A stretch of DNA of 64,000 nucleotides from contig JAMCRV010000114.1 in NCBI GenBank assembly GCA_023381555.1, positions 2,899-66,898 on the forward strand. The letters are read 5' to 3'. Origin of the DNA: Chloroflexota bacterium. Lineage in GTDB: Bacteria > Chloroflexota > UBA4733. A program made the translations under genes and the position numbers. Numbering within the stretch: the first letter of the stretch is position 1; every line of letters starts with the position of its first letter. Positions 38,782-49,110 of the stretch are shown one piece after another. The notes beneath the pieces are model-generated. The model was not told the origin of the DNA, searched no databases, and saw only the letters and a list, made by a program, of their open reading frames with translations.

Positions 38782-39105
38782 ATGACCGGTTTCGTGTCTG
38801 TAGCACGTAGCGAGGACATCAAAGAGGGGGCGCTTTCTCGAGTTGACGTCAATGGGCGTCCGATTCTCATCACGCGTGTGTATGGCCGTCTCTGTGTGCT
38901 CTCTGCCATCTGCACACATGAAGATGCCGATCTCTCGAAGGGCGAGCTCGAAGATGAGACGGTGTGGTGTCCTCTACACGCTTCAGGGTTCAACATCTTT
39001 ACAGGAGCGGTGACAAGCCCTCCAGCGGAGGAGCCGCTGGAGGTGTATGAGGCTCGTGAATACGATGGCAAGATTGCGGTTAGCCCGATCCCGCGAAAAT
39101 CGTAA
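38782..39105 (+). CDS. Rieske [2Fe-2S] ferredoxin
   Basis: Rieske ligand boxes CTHED and CPLHASGF. ATG 38782 is preceded by GAGGAG; the track start is TTG 38743. Confidence 0.8.
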   Translation: MTGFVSVARSEDIKEGALSRVDVNGRPILITRVYGRLCVLSAICTHEDADLSKGELEDETVWCPLHASGFNIFTGAVTSPPAEEPLEVYEAREYDGKIAVSPIPRKS

Positions 39106-39110
39106 CGAGA

Positions 39111-40343
39111 GTGTCTCCAGAGCGCATTGTCGTCGTTGGCGCAGGCATTGGCGGTGTTCATACGTGCCAGGCGCTGCGCGCTCAGGGATACGACGGCGAT
39201 GTCATACTCGTCGGCGATGAGCTGGATGAGCCCTACGACCGCCCGCCCCTCTCGAAAGCGTTTCTCCAGGGTAAGAAGCAGACCAGTGATCTGACTCTGG
39301 TATCACCTGAGCAATGGCGTTCTTTACAGATCGAGGTCAGGACGGGGCACCGAGCCATCGGAATCGATCCGGCTTCGCGAGCGGTCATTGTCTCTGGGTA
39401 TGAGCCGGTGCGCTATGATCGGTTGGTTGTGGCTACTGGCTCTTACAATAGGCCTTTATCTATCCGTGGCGCCACGTTGGAAGGCGTCTTCTCGCTGCGA
39501 TCTCTTCGCGATGCTACCGCTCTCCGCGAAGCTGCTCGTAGTGGGCACCGTGCTGTCGTCATCGGTGCAGGGTTTATCGGTTGCGAAGTGGCCGCGTCTT
39601 TGCGGCAGCTCGGTCTCGAGGTCGCCGTCGTTGAAGTTGCTGAGGTACCGCTTCTCCGAGTGGTAGGCACAGAAGCCGGCCAGTTTCTCATCCGGCTGCA
39701 TCGACGCCACGGTGTCACGATGCTCACCGGGACCGGTGTCACCGAGATTCGAGGTCATCGCCGCGTTGAAGACGTGGTCACGTCGACGGGTGCAGTGATC
39801 CCTACTGACCTGGTTGTCGTTGCTGTGGGAGTGCGACCAGCCCTTGATTGGCTGCTTGAGAGCGGACTGGCCGATGGAGGCGGCATCACAGTCGACGTGT
39901 CCTTGCGCAGCCGAGATCCGCACGTCTTCGCAATCGGTGACGTTGCACGGTTTCCGGACCCTGTGACCCATTCGCTGATTCGCGTTGAGCATTGGGATGT
40001 GGCACGCGCTCACGCTGCGCACGTCGCTCGCGCGCTCCTGGGATCGCAGCAACCCTACTCGATCCTGCCATATTTCTGGTCGGACGTGTTCGATGTCACC
40101 TTGCAGTATGCTGGACATTGTGAACAGTGGAACCAGATTGTGGTACGGGGTAGTACGGACGAGACAAGCTTTTCCGTGTTCTATTGCGTCGATGGCCGGG
40201 TGAGAGCTGTGCTCAGCGTGAACAGTCCTCGTGACTTTCGCCACGCTCGCACGCTCGTTGAGGCGCAAGTTCCTGTTCGCACCGCAATTCTCGAAGACTC
40301 GAGCGCTGACCTGCGCCAGTTCGGACGGACTGAAGACCGCTGA
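39111..40343 (+). CDS. FAD-dependent NAD(P)H:ferredoxin oxidoreductase (pyridine nucleotide-disulfide oxidoreductase family)
   Basis: 410 aa with two dinucleotide-binding motifs, VVVGAGIGG and VVIGAGFIGCEVA, and a ferredoxin-reductase-like C-terminus. Confidence 0.88.
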   Translation: MSPERIVVVGAGIGGVHTCQALRAQGYDGDVILVGDELDEPYDRPPLSKAFLQGKKQTSDLTLVSPEQWRSLQIEVRTGHRAIGIDPASRAVIVSGYEPVRYDRLVVATGSYNRPLSIRGATLEGVFSLRSLRDATALREAARSGHRAVVIGAGFIGCEVAASLRQLGLEVAVVEVAEVPLLRVVGTEAGQFLIRLHRRHGVTMLTGTGVTEIRGHRRVEDVVTSTGAVIPTDLVVVAVGVRPALDWLLESGLADGGGITVDVSLRSRDPHVFAIGDVARFPDPVTHSLIRVEHWDVARAHAAHVARALLGSQQPYSILPYFWSDVFDVTLQYAGHCEQWNQIVVRGSTDETSFSVFYCVDGRVRAVLSVNSPRDFRHARTLVEAQVPVRTAILEDSSADLRQFGRTEDR

Positions 40344-41632
40344 TGTTGCGCCATCGGGGACGAGAGCGGCTACTGCTACTGCCACCTATAGCTCTCCTGG
40401 CCGTTCTCGAAATGTCGCTCTCGTTGGAAGGAAAACAGTCTTTCGGGGCGACCTTTGCGGCAGTAGGTCTTTTCGGGTGCACATTCCTGGCCGGGAACAT
40501 TGCACTCTCTGTGCGACGCTCCAATGGGGATGAACTATTGCTACCCAGTGTGGCCTTGCTCACGTCGGTGGGACTGGCGTTCAATCTCCGCTTGCACCCC
40601 AGCACGTATCACCAACAGTTTGCTTGGATTATCTTAGCGGTGATCGTCGCCGTGGGATTCGGTGCGAGCGGGTTTGACGTCTGGTGGCTTTCGCGCTTCA
40701 AGTACTCATTTGCTTCCTTTGGATTCTTGCTTCTGGCGGCTACGGCCCTGTTCGGTCGCGAGATCAATGGCGCCCGATTGTGGCTAGCAGTAGGTCCCAT
40801 CGAATTTCAGACGACTGAGCTCATGAAGATTGTGCTCGCGGTGTTCATGGCGGGATATCTCGAAGAGAAACGCGAGCTACTGACGCTTGGAGAGCACCGT
40901 TGGCGCGGTGTACGTCTACCTCCCCTAGAATACATCGGTCCGCTCGCAGTGCTCTGGCTGGCATCGCTACTGTCACTACTCTGGCAGAGAGACCTCGGAG
41001 GCACCTTACTGTTGCTCGGTGTCGCCCTGGCGATGCTGTATGTGGGAACCGAGCGTCTCTCCTACGTGTTCGGAGGTCTCCTGCTTTTCCTCCTCAACGT
41101 CGTGATTACCTATCACTTCTTTGGCTACGTTCGATCCCGAGTCAATGTCTGGCTGGATCCGTGGGCCCACGCCCGTAGTCAGGGTTATCAGATCGTACAG
41201 GCACTCTATGCGGTGAGCAGTGGCGGACTCTTCGGGTCGGGCATTGGACGGGGATACCCCGGTTACATCCCAGAGGTCTATACCGACTTCATCTTTGCAG
41301 CCATCGGCGAGGAGCTTGGTCTGCTGGGGAGCTTTGCCCTCCTCACAGTCTTTGCCATTCTGGTCATGCGAGCCTTTCGTATCGCGATACGCTGCAGCGG
41401 AACATTTGAGCGACTGCTCGCGACTGGACTCGGCGCGCTCCTAGCGCTGCAAACGCTCGTCATCGTAGCGGGCAATCTAGAGGTAATTCCTCTCACAGGC
41501 ATCACCCTACCCTTCGTAAGCTATGGGGGAAGCTCGATGATCATCAACGCGGTGATCGTTGGGCTGCTCCTCCGCCTCTCTGCGTCTCAGGTCGCCCCTC
41601 GAGGACGGCCCGTAGGACCCCTTCTGACTTGA
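40343..41632 (+). CDS. FtsW/RodA/SpoVE-family peptidoglycan glycosyltransferase
   Basis: Polytopic ORF with SEDS motifs GYQIVQALYAVSSGGLFGSGIG, PEVYTDFIFAAIGEELG, LPFVSYGGSS. Confidence 0.88.
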   Translation: MLRHRGRERLLLLPPIALLAVLEMSLSLEGKQSFGATFAAVGLFGCTFLAGNIALSVRRSNGDELLLPSVALLTSVGLAFNLRLHPSTYHQQFAWIILAVIVAVGFGASGFDVWWLSRFKYSFASFGFLLLAATALFGREINGARLWLAVGPIEFQTTELMKIVLAVFMAGYLEEKRELLTLGEHRWRGVRLPPLEYIGPLAVLWLASLLSLLWQRDLGGTLLLLGVALAMLYVGTERLSYVFGGLLLFLLNVVITYHFFGYVRSRVNVWLDPWAHARSQGYQIVQALYAVSSGGLFGSGIGRGYPGYIPEVYTDFIFAAIGEELGLLGSFALLTVFAILVMRAFRIAIRCSGTFERLLATGLGALLALQTLVIVAGNLEVIPLTGITLPFVSYGGSSMIINAVIVGLLLRLSASQVAPRGRPVGPLLT

Positions 41633-41682
41633 TCAGGCGTGGAGCCGGTTGCAGTAGGAAGGGCCAACGTGGGAGGCAAGCT

Positions 41683-42807
41683 CTACGGTCGAGTGGAGTG
41701 AGGATGCTGTTGTGGTACTTCCGGCGGCCGCGGTCTCCTGGGACGCTGGGGTAAGAGCACGATCACTGCAAAGGCGATGACGAGCAGCAAGAGGAAGCCA
41801 AAAAGCTTCTGTGTCTTCTCTAAGAACAGGGCTGCGATTCCGGCGATGGCGGTGATCGCGTAGAGCAGGCCGAGTATCATTGGAGGTGTGTATCCGGCCG
41901 AGAGCAGGCGATGGTGCAGGTGCCCGAGATCGAAGTGCATTGGTGCGCGTCCAGTGCGAGCACGTGTGTAGATGGTGTACGCGTAATCAAGTATCGGGAT
42001 CCCGAGAACCAGCAGTGCCGTAGCAAGCCGGGCGCCGCCGAGAATCGACAGCATGCTGAGAAGATAACCGAGAAAGTGAGATCCCGTGTCTCCCATGATG
42101 AGACGGGATGGGGGCCAGTTCCACACAAGAAACCCGCAGCAGACGGCTGTGAGGAGTAGCAGCAGTTGCGCAACACCAAATTCACCTGTCATGTACCTCA
42201 ACGTATGGATGCCTAAGGCAGCTGCGGCGATCGCGACAACGCCGCCGGCAAGCCCGTCCACGCCATCAAGTGCGTTCACCGCATTTATCATCCCGGTGAA
42301 CCAGAGCAGGGTAACGGGGACAGCGAGAAATAGCGGCAGGGTGAGGGGAGCTGCCAGAGGATTAGGGTCCAGTGGGTTGTTGAGTGGCGTGGAGACGTGA
42401 TCGATGCGCAACCCGAACAAGAAGGCCAGAGCCGCAACGACAAGCTGGGCGCCCAGCTTTGTCGCTGGTGATAGGCCGTGGATGTCATCGGCAATCATGA
42501 TTGCTGCGATGAGCACAGCGCAGGCGAGTCCGCCGGCGAACTGAGGGATGAAGCTCGGTGGGAGAGTATGTACGGCCACGACGATAGAGAGAGGAACGTA
42601 GGCGAGCAGCATGCCTATACCGCCCAGGCGCGGCTTCGGGGTTCGGTGGATGCGGCGCGGGCTCGGCATATCCAACCACTCGAAGTGGCGGGCCACAGCA
42701 TCAACACCGCGGCAAAATGCCACAGAGAGCGCAAACCCAACGATAAGCACGATCCACCACCAGGAAGACGTGAGGAGGGTCTTCAGAGTGAAACCGGCTT
42801 CGGACAT
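41683..42807 (-). CDS. MraY/WecA-family polyprenyl-phosphate N-acetylhexosamine-1-phosphate transferase
   Basis: 374-aa polytopic ORF with NAVNALDGVDGLAGG and MGDTGSHFLGY. Confidence 0.85.
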   Translation of the reverse strand: MSEAGFTLKTLLTSSWWWIVLIVGFALSVAFCRGVDAVARHFEWLDMPSPRRIHRTPKPRLGGIGMLLAYVPLSIVVAVHTLPPSFIPQFAGGLACAVLIAAIMIADDIHGLSPATKLGAQLVVAALAFLFGLRIDHVSTPLNNPLDPNPLAAPLTLPLFLAVPVTLLWFTGMINAVNALDGVDGLAGGVVAIAAAALGIHTLRYMTGEFGVAQLLLLLTAVCCGFLVWNWPPSRLIMGDTGSHFLGYLLSMLSILGGARLATALLVLGIPILDYAYTIYTRARTGRAPMHFDLGHLHHRLLSAGYTPPMILGLLYAITAIAGIAALFLEKTQKLFGFLLLLVIAFAVIVLLPQRPRRPRPPEVPQQHPHSTRP

Positions 42808-42854
42808 TCATACCCTCTTTCACGGTCTCACCATCGCTGGTACATCTTACAGGC

Positions 42855-44876
42855 TCAACTGCCCGGACCCGGCTTGAGGGCAATGCGAAATGCGGCTGGC
42901 TGGGTAGTTTTGTCTGCTAATGCCGCCACCGCAACGATCACCTGCTGAGTCCCCGGTGGGAGGGAAGCAAGGTTGAGATCCCCCCGGTTCGACGCGTCCA
43001 GATGGAAGGGGGTAACCGTCGTGTGCGCTCCTTCAGTGATGAGCTGCACCAAGAACTTCACCTTGACATTATTGGGGACATAGTACCAGCCGTGAGCTAC
43101 CCAGTTCTGGCCAGCTCGCCCGGATTCATCGAGGCCGATCTGTGGAATGCGTACGTTGCGGATTGCAGCACCAGGACCACTGTATTCCTCATCGGTCACG
43201 TACTCGAAGCGGACGAGAACGTTGCGGCCAGCATATGGAGTGAGATCAACGTGTTCGTGCCACCAGATCGGGACCGGCGATCCTGGAGTGAGACTCTCTC
43301 CCGTGTACCCCACACCGAGGTTTGCACCGGTGGGGTTAGCGGTTGTTGTATGCGTGGCTGGCAGGAGCTGCCACCTCTTGCCGCCATTGGTCGACACCTC
43401 CACGTAGAGATAGTCGTAGTTCTTTTCTATGTCGAGCCAGAGGTCGAAAGAGAGCGTCGCCGACTGCACGTGAGCGAGATCGACCTGGCGGGTTAGCGTC
43501 GTGTCGATGAGATCACCGTGATTGCTCCACCACTGATCGGATGTGTACGGAAGCGTGGGCAGGAGCCGGACGGTCTGGGCGCCCGCGAATACGAGCCGCT
43601 TCCGGAGGTCGGGAGTGTCAATGCGGTAGTAGCTGGTTCCGAACGGAGCTACAGACCCGTCGACTGCGCTTGCCAGCGGTGTGATGACTGCCGGCCCGGC
43701 TGTGCCGTGCAAGGCCTTGTAGGCGAATGCTCCACCATCGACGGTGGGGTTGTTCAGGATATTCGCTATGACCCACTGCGCGAAGACCTGGTCGGCTGAA
43801 GCGCCCTGCGACTGGAGATACTCATTGATCATTGCCCAGTCGTTCAAAGGTGAAGACAGCAGCGTGTGAAAGAGCGATGGTGATCCATAGTGCTGAGCGA
43901 GATAGGCGATGAAGAGAAACGCGGCTCCATAGTGAGCTAGTACTGCGGTGGGTGAGTCTGACCAATCAGTGAGCTGTGTCCCTGGCGCTTTCAGAAAGGC
44001 ATCCACGAGCCTATCAACGGAGAAACCGGCGAGGTACTCGGCGTAGACTGACATGCCTTCATTCACCCATGCGGAATCAGCTGGGTGATGGTCCCAGTGG
44101 ATCAAATGCTGCAGTTCGTGCACGAGTGTGTCTTCCAATGCCGGACTTCCTACCTTGTCCACGGTCTCATTGATGTAGATGGCATTGCGCTGGTTGCTGG
44201 AAGGTGCTATGCAGCGGAGATACTGATCACTGGCGGTGAAGTACCCGGCCACTCCTTGTAGCTTGGCAACGACAATAGTAAGCCTGTTTAGCCCAGAAAG
44301 ATCCGGAAACCTGGGCTTCCCAAAGGTCGTTACGTCGAGAGGATAGATCTTCTGTTCGAATTCTTGAGTGGCTGTCTGCAGCTGCTCCTGAGTGACCGGA
44401 ACGCCGTCTTCGACGTACCACAAGGCGTGAGGGCTCAAGTATGCGAGCGTGGTGTTGATGACTTCGCGGGTACGAGTCACTTCATCGTCGACCGAAAATG
44501 ATGCGTGACTACCGATAGTCGTTGCCGTGCCAAGCACTGGGGTTGGCGTGGTGCAAGTAGGATGCACGACTCGTTCGACCAATGCAGTGAGGTTGCGAAA
44601 GGGAACTGGAGCGGTGAGGTCACGTGTGGGGGCGACTGAAACAGTTGGTGGAGGCCGCGCACTGCTCACGTTCGACTCTGCGGTTGCATTCGCGGTCGCC
44701 GCCGGCGCGACCGGGGACCGCAGAGCTAGAGGCGTTTGGATAACACTGAAGCGTTGTTCAACCGCGCTAGACGTGGTCGCCATCGCCGTCGAGCGTGCTG
44801 GAGCAGGCGCCAAGGCGCAGCTCACGAGCGTGAGCGTCAGCATTTCAAGGACAACGACGCTCTGTCTCAGTCGCAT
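42855..44876 (-). CDS. secreted zinc metallopeptidase (gluzincin-like)
   Basis: 673 aa with an N-terminal signal/lipobox-like LVSCA and the motif HELQHLIHW...WVNEGMSVYAEY (HExxH plus a downstream NEG Glu). The family assignment is tentative. Confidence 0.6.
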   Translation of the reverse strand: MRLRQSVVVLEMLTLTLVSCALAPAPARSTAMATTSSAVEQRFSVIQTPLALRSPVAPAATANATAESNVSSARPPPTVSVAPTRDLTAPVPFRNLTALVERVVHPTCTTPTPVLGTATTIGSHASFSVDDEVTRTREVINTTLAYLSPHALWYVEDGVPVTQEQLQTATQEFEQKIYPLDVTTFGKPRFPDLSGLNRLTIVVAKLQGVAGYFTASDQYLRCIAPSSNQRNAIYINETVDKVGSPALEDTLVHELQHLIHWDHHPADSAWVNEGMSVYAEYLAGFSVDRLVDAFLKAPGTQLTDWSDSPTAVLAHYGAAFLFIAYLAQHYGSPSLFHTLLSSPLNDWAMINEYLQSQGASADQVFAQWVIANILNNPTVDGGAFAYKALHGTAGPAVITPLASAVDGSVAPFGTSYYRIDTPDLRKRLVFAGAQTVRLLPTLPYTSDQWWSNHGDLIDTTLTRQVDLAHVQSATLSFDLWLDIEKNYDYLYVEVSTNGGKRWQLLPATHTTTANPTGANLGVGYTGESLTPGSPVPIWWHEHVDLTPYAGRNVLVRFEYVTDEEYSGPGAAIRNVRIPQIGLDESGRAGQNWVAHGWYYVPNNVKVKFLVQLITEGAHTTVTPFHLDASNRGDLNLASLPPGTQQVIVAVAALADKTTQPAAFRIALKPGPGS

Positions 44877-45685
44877 CGAGCGAGCACTGACCTGACGAGT
44901 TGCACGATGTCCAGTACACGCTGTCCAACTACCTCTTGAACGCTCTGGTGGTCAACTTCGCCCGCTGCGCTACCAAAAGCGCTATTGGAGATGCAACTGA
45001 TCGCAGCAACACGGAGCCCGAGCTGACGTGCCACAATGACCTCGTTCGCTGTAGACATGCCGACAGCCTGAGCGCCGATGACCCGCAGGAATTGCAGTTC
45101 TGCTGGAGTCTCATACGATGGCCCGCTCACCATCGCATAGACTCCCTCTTCGAGTACGATTCCGAGCTCACGGGCAGCGGCGAGGAAGATGCGACGCAGT
45201 TCCAGGTCGTACGCGTGACCCATCGCCACAAAGCGATTCAGTCCCGAACTCACGGGCCCCCTTAGAGGGTTGAGACCGGTCAATGCTGGGAAGTTGATAT
45301 GGTCCCGAATCAGCATGAGTGACCCTGCCGGGAAGTCCTCTGTCACTCCTCCTGAAGCGTTGGTGAGGAGCAGATTCTTGATCCCGAGCTGTGCAAGTAA
45401 GCGTATGGGCTGAGCAGACTGGGTCGCACTCAACCCCTCATAGGTATGGAGTCTGCCCTCGGTGATGACGAGAGCGGTACCCTCGATGCGTCCGAGATGG
45501 AACATTCCACGGTGACCTTCCACAGTCGTCTGCGGGAGACCCGGGACTTGAGAAAATGGAACAGAACGGATGACTGTGACTGCCTTGAGAAAGTCCGCGA
45601 AGCCAGAGCCGAGCACGATCCCCCACGTTGGCTGAAGCTGCGGCTGGTGCAGCATAGCAGCGGCTTGGGCGAGCTCAGACGTCAA
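44867..45685 (-). CDS. purine nucleoside phosphorylase (PNP-I family)
   Basis: 272 aa with GRLHTYEG, GMSTANEV, and an overall PunA/DeoD-II-like pattern. Confidence 0.88.
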   Translation of the reverse strand: MTSELAQAAAMLHQPQLQPTWGIVLGSGFADFLKAVTVIRSVPFSQVPGLPQTTVEGHRGMFHLGRIEGTALVITEGRLHTYEGLSATQSAQPIRLLAQLGIKNLLLTNASGGVTEDFPAGSLMLIRDHINFPALTGLNPLRGPVSSGLNRFVAMGHAYDLELRRIFLAAARELGIVLEEGVYAMVSGPSYETPAELQFLRVIGAQAVGMSTANEVIVARQLGLRVAAISCISNSAFGSAAGEVDHQSVQEVVGQRVLDIVQLVRSVLARCD

Positions 45686-45688
45686 GTG

Positions 45689-46585
45689 CTACTCCTCAGC
45701 CACGTCGTGCTCTTGATGCAATCGAGTGTGGGCATATGCTTTAGTGGAAGACGTGTGAGCGTGCCCGAGCAAGTGCTGCACATCTGAGAGCCCGGCGCCG
45801 TTGTGCAACATGACTGCAGCGCACGAGTGGCGTAGAACGCGGGGGGAAACGCCAGCGAGGCCGGCGCGCTGCGCATATTGCTTGACGATGAGCCAGAAGC
45901 CCTGGCGAGTCAGCCGTCCCCCACGTGCATTGACGAACAACGCTCTCTCGCTGGCGCTCCCATTGAGAACTAGGCGCCCACTCGCCAGGTAAGCGTCAAG
46001 GGCTTCGCGAGCTTTCCCGTCTGCGTGCACGACACGAGAGCGATTTCCACTGCGGACGTGTATGGCACTCCCGATCACGTCGTCGATGTCAAGCGCGACG
46101 AGCTCACTGGGCAGCAAACCAGAAGCAATCATCAGCCGCAACATGGCGCGATCGCGCAGCGCCTTTGCGGTATCGGCGGCAGTAGCCGTCTCACTGCATC
46201 CCACAGCGGCGACGAGCTGCTGCAATGTGGTCTCAGTCACTACCTCTGGCGCTCGCTTCACCGGTGGAGGCATCGTCAGCGCCTTTGCGGGATCACGGTG
46301 GACCCGGTGCTCCCTAACCAAGAAGCGATAAAGGGCTCTGACTGATGCAATCTTGCGAGCACGTGTCGTCGCCTTGACATACCGTGCGTCCAGATCGCGC
46401 TTGTACTCGACGATGTCGGAAGCAGTGACGTCCCATGAATCACAGCCGTGAGCCTCCAGAAATGAGCGAAACTGCTCGAGGTCGCTTCTGTATGCCATGA
46501 TCGTGTTCTCAGATGTTATTCGCTGCTGAACTGCGTCTCGCTCGCGGAGATAGCGCAGAAAGTCCTCTATATCCTCCTGCACCAT
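45689..46585 (-). CDS. tyrosine recombinase XerC/XerD-like
   Basis: 298 aa. N-terminal core-binding pattern (TIMAYRSDLEQFRSFL) and C-terminal catalytic residues (RHSCAAVML, LLGHAHTSSTKAYAH). Confidence 0.85.
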   Translation of the reverse strand: MVQEDIEDFLRYLRERDAVQQRITSENTIMAYRSDLEQFRSFLEAHGCDSWDVTASDIVEYKRDLDARYVKATTRARKIASVRALYRFLVREHRVHRDPAKALTMPPPVKRAPEVVTETTLQQLVAAVGCSETATAADTAKALRDRAMLRLMIASGLLPSELVALDIDDVIGSAIHVRSGNRSRVVHADGKAREALDAYLASGRLVLNGSASERALFVNARGGRLTRQGFWLIVKQYAQRAGLAGVSPRVLRHSCAAVMLHNGAGLSDVQHLLGHAHTSSTKAYAHTRLHQEHDVAEE

Positions 46586-46747
46586 CTATCTATCCATTCC
46601 CTTGTCGAAGCTGAGGCGGTTGGGGCAAAGCAGCACCACCGGGACAGGGTAGGCGCACTCGCCAGCTTGAGCATTGTAGCAGTACCGATAGAATGGTCAA
46701 TCACGAAGGACAGTGTGGCTATCCGGGGCCTGTGGGGGCGAGAGTTG

Positions 46748-48472
46748 CTACTCGGGCTGTGGAGAAGGCCGCAGGAAGTCGAAGTCACATCCCTCGTCAG
46801 CCTGAAGGACGTGCTCAGCGAATAGCCTTGCGTAGCCACGCTCAGGAACTGCGGGCCGGTGGCCTTCGATTGCCCGCCTCTCCAACTCCCGATCGTCGAC
46901 GAGCACGGTGAGTGCGCGGTGTTCCCAATCCAGCTCTACCTCGTCTCCCGTGTGCACAAGACCCAAGGGGCCGCCGCTGGCCGCTTCTGGACACACGTGT
47001 AGAATGACGGTGCCGAATGCGGTCCCGCTCATTCGAGCGTCTGAGATGCGGAGCATGTCGCGGATACCTTGCCGCAGCAGTGCCCGGGGAATCGGGAGGT
47101 TTCCGACCTCGGGCATTCCCGGGCCGCCAAGCGGGCCTGCTCCTCCCAGCACGAGGGCGTCTTCCGGATTGATCTGGTCCTTATCGGCATCCGCCGCTTC
47201 AAGCAGCGCGTCATAGCTGTGAAATACGTGCGCCCGCGCACGGTGCTGCAGCAGCGACCTAGTAGCTGCTGAATGCTTGAGGATCGCTCCGTGCGGGGCA
47301 AGATTCCCATACACAGCGGAGATCCCGCCTTCTGGGGCCAGTGGATGGTCCAGATGCGCAATCACCGTGCCGTCGCCTGTTACGGGCCTCTCGGAGAGCT
47401 CCTCCGCAAGGGCGCGCCCGCTGATACGGCGAGTGTTGAGGTGGAGCAGTGGTCGGAGCTGGTGCAACACCGCTGGGACGCCACCAGCGCGGTGAAAATC
47501 GGACATCTGGAAGATTCCGCTCGGCTTTAGGGCAACGAGGAGTGGAGTCTGGCGACTCACCCTGTCGAAATCAGAGGGACGAAGGGCGATGCCAGCCCGA
47601 CCGGCGATGGCTGTGAGATGAATGACCGCGTTGGTTGATCCTCCAATCGCACAGAGGACCCTGATCGCGTTCTCAAATGCCTCAGGTGTGAGGATGTCGC
47701 TCGGACGTAGGGGATCGTTCGCCAAGCGCACTGCTTCGTAGCCCGTCATCTCAGCAAGTCGGAATCGCTCGGCTAAGGGAGCAGGTGCCGCTGCAGCGCC
47801 GAGTACCGTCATCCCGAGGGCCTCAGCAAGGCAAGCCATAGTGCTGGCGGTTCCCATCACCATGCAGTGGCCCGTGGAGGGTGCGAGAGCATCGCTCACC
47901 TGGTCCAGTTGCTCCGTCGTGAGCCGGCCAGCTCGAAACTCTGTCCAGAGCCGGCGACAGTCCGTGCAGGCTCCGATCGTCTCTCCCTCGAAGTAGCCAT
48001 CAAGCATGGGGCCGCCCGGGAGCAGAATCGCGGGGACATTGGCGCTGACTGCGGCCATCAGCTGTGCTGGGATAGTCTTGTCACAACTTCCAAGGAGTAC
48101 GGCGGCATCTAGTGGCTGTGCTCGGAGAAGCTCCTCGGTCTCCATCGCCAGCAGGTTTCGGAAGAACATTGCGCTGGGGCTCACGAACATTTCTCCCAGC
48201 GACATCGTGGGGAACTCTACCGGTAGCCCCCCAGCCAGGAGCACGCCGCGCTTTACTGCTGCGGCCAGCTCGCGGAAGTGACCGTGGCAGGGGTTCAACT
48301 CGCTCCAGGTCTGGGCGATGCCAATGATAGGCCGGTTTGTCGCCGAGCGGGTGTAGCCCAGCCCCTTTGCGAAAGACGAGCGTAGGAATGCGCTGAAGTC
48401 GCGGTCACCGTAGTTGGTGAGGTTGCGGTTCAATCCTTTCCACGACGTCCCCGAGCCACCCTTCCGTTCCAT
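46748..48472 (-). CDS. IlvD/Edd-family dehydratase (dihydroxy-acid or sugar-acid dehydratase)
   Basis: Contains PIIGIAQTWSELNPCHGH, CDKTIPA, and GGSTNAVIHL. The start is chosen at MERKGG (48472), 5 nt after the upstream gene's stop; the track ORF extends to 48607. Confidence 0.88.
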   Translation of the reverse strand: MERKGGSGTSWKGLNRNLTNYGDRDFSAFLRSSFAKGLGYTRSATNRPIIGIAQTWSELNPCHGHFRELAAAVKRGVLLAGGLPVEFPTMSLGEMFVSPSAMFFRNLLAMETEELLRAQPLDAAVLLGSCDKTIPAQLMAAVSANVPAILLPGGPMLDGYFEGETIGACTDCRRLWTEFRAGRLTTEQLDQVSDALAPSTGHCMVMGTASTMACLAEALGMTVLGAAAAPAPLAERFRLAEMTGYEAVRLANDPLRPSDILTPEAFENAIRVLCAIGGSTNAVIHLTAIAGRAGIALRPSDFDRVSRQTPLLVALKPSGIFQMSDFHRAGGVPAVLHQLRPLLHLNTRRISGRALAEELSERPVTGDGTVIAHLDHPLAPEGGISAVYGNLAPHGAILKHSAATRSLLQHRARAHVFHSYDALLEAADADKDQINPEDALVLGGAGPLGGPGMPEVGNLPIPRALLRQGIRDMLRISDARMSGTAFGTVILHVCPEAASGGPLGLVHTGDEVELDWEHRALTVLVDDRELERRAIEGHRPAVPERGYARLFAEHVLQADEGCDFDFLRPSPQPE

Positions 48473-48477
48473 TGGGT

Positions 48478-49110
48478 CTAATCCTTCTCTAGACTGACGG
48501 CTTGCACAGTCTCCGACCCGTGGCGAACCATGACAGAAACGTTCCCCACCGTGAGCCCGAGGTCCCGCTCTAATGCCTCGTGAACTCGTGCCACACCTTG
48601 TTCGCACACCGCGGGTACCGCTGAGCCCTGCAAGGTGGCCAGCGTGACTAGCACATCCACCTCAGGCTGTGCCCGTTTCGGGACAAGCCGTACCGCAGCG
48701 CTGCTGACTCCATCGATGGCGCGGAGGACTGTCACCAGATGGTGCTCGGCGCTCGTGACGGTTATCCAGGTGTCAGCCGGAGAGCCGGCACGAATGCGAA
48801 GACGGTGCTCTCGAGGTGGCCCCAAGGTCTCGAGAGCAAGGAGTAGGAGTGCCGCAACAACGACGGTCAAGCTGGTCGCAATCGCAACCAGCTTATCCTG
48901 AGTTGTAAACGGATCGAAGCGATACTCCAAGCCATTGTAGGCTGTGAGGATGTATGGTCCAGGTAGGCTGAGAACAAAGGCGGCAGCTCCGAGTGCCAAG
49001 ACGAGACAGATCACGGCGAAAGCTATCGCGAACAGACGATTCGTACGCTGCACGTTAGCCGTGCTCCTTTTCGCGCGGTTCCGAGGGCGATACGGCAGTA
49101 GTGCTTGCAT
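48478..49110 (-). CDS. membrane-anchored Asp23/alkaline-shock-like protein (tentative)
   Basis: Two N-terminal TM helices and a C-terminal region resembling Asp23-type repeats. The start is uncertain and may be the GTG at 49053, just after the upstream stop. Confidence 0.45.
   Translation of the reverse strand: MQALLPYRPRNRAKRSTANVQRTNRLFAIAFAVICLVLALGAAAFVLSLPGPYILTAYNGLEYRFDPFTTQDKLVAIATSLTVVVAALLLLALETLGPPREHRLRIRAGSPADTWITVTSAEHHLVTVLRAIDGVSSAAVRLVPKRAQPEVDVLVTLATLQGSAVPAVCEQGVARVHEALERDLGLTVGNVSVMVRHGSETVQAVSLEKD

Noticed and set aside
39456-40385. 309-aa minus-strand ORF opposite the ferredoxin reductase gene.
   Set aside because: It is the same kind of high-GC antisense shadow ORF. 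The plus-strand frame has clear dinucleotide-binding motifs.
45689-46585. Tyrosine recombinase considered as a marker of a prophage or integrative element.
   Set aside because: Its size and N-terminal pattern fit housekeeping XerC/XerD. Its neighbours are core metabolism genes, and I saw no flanking direct repeats or phage genes.
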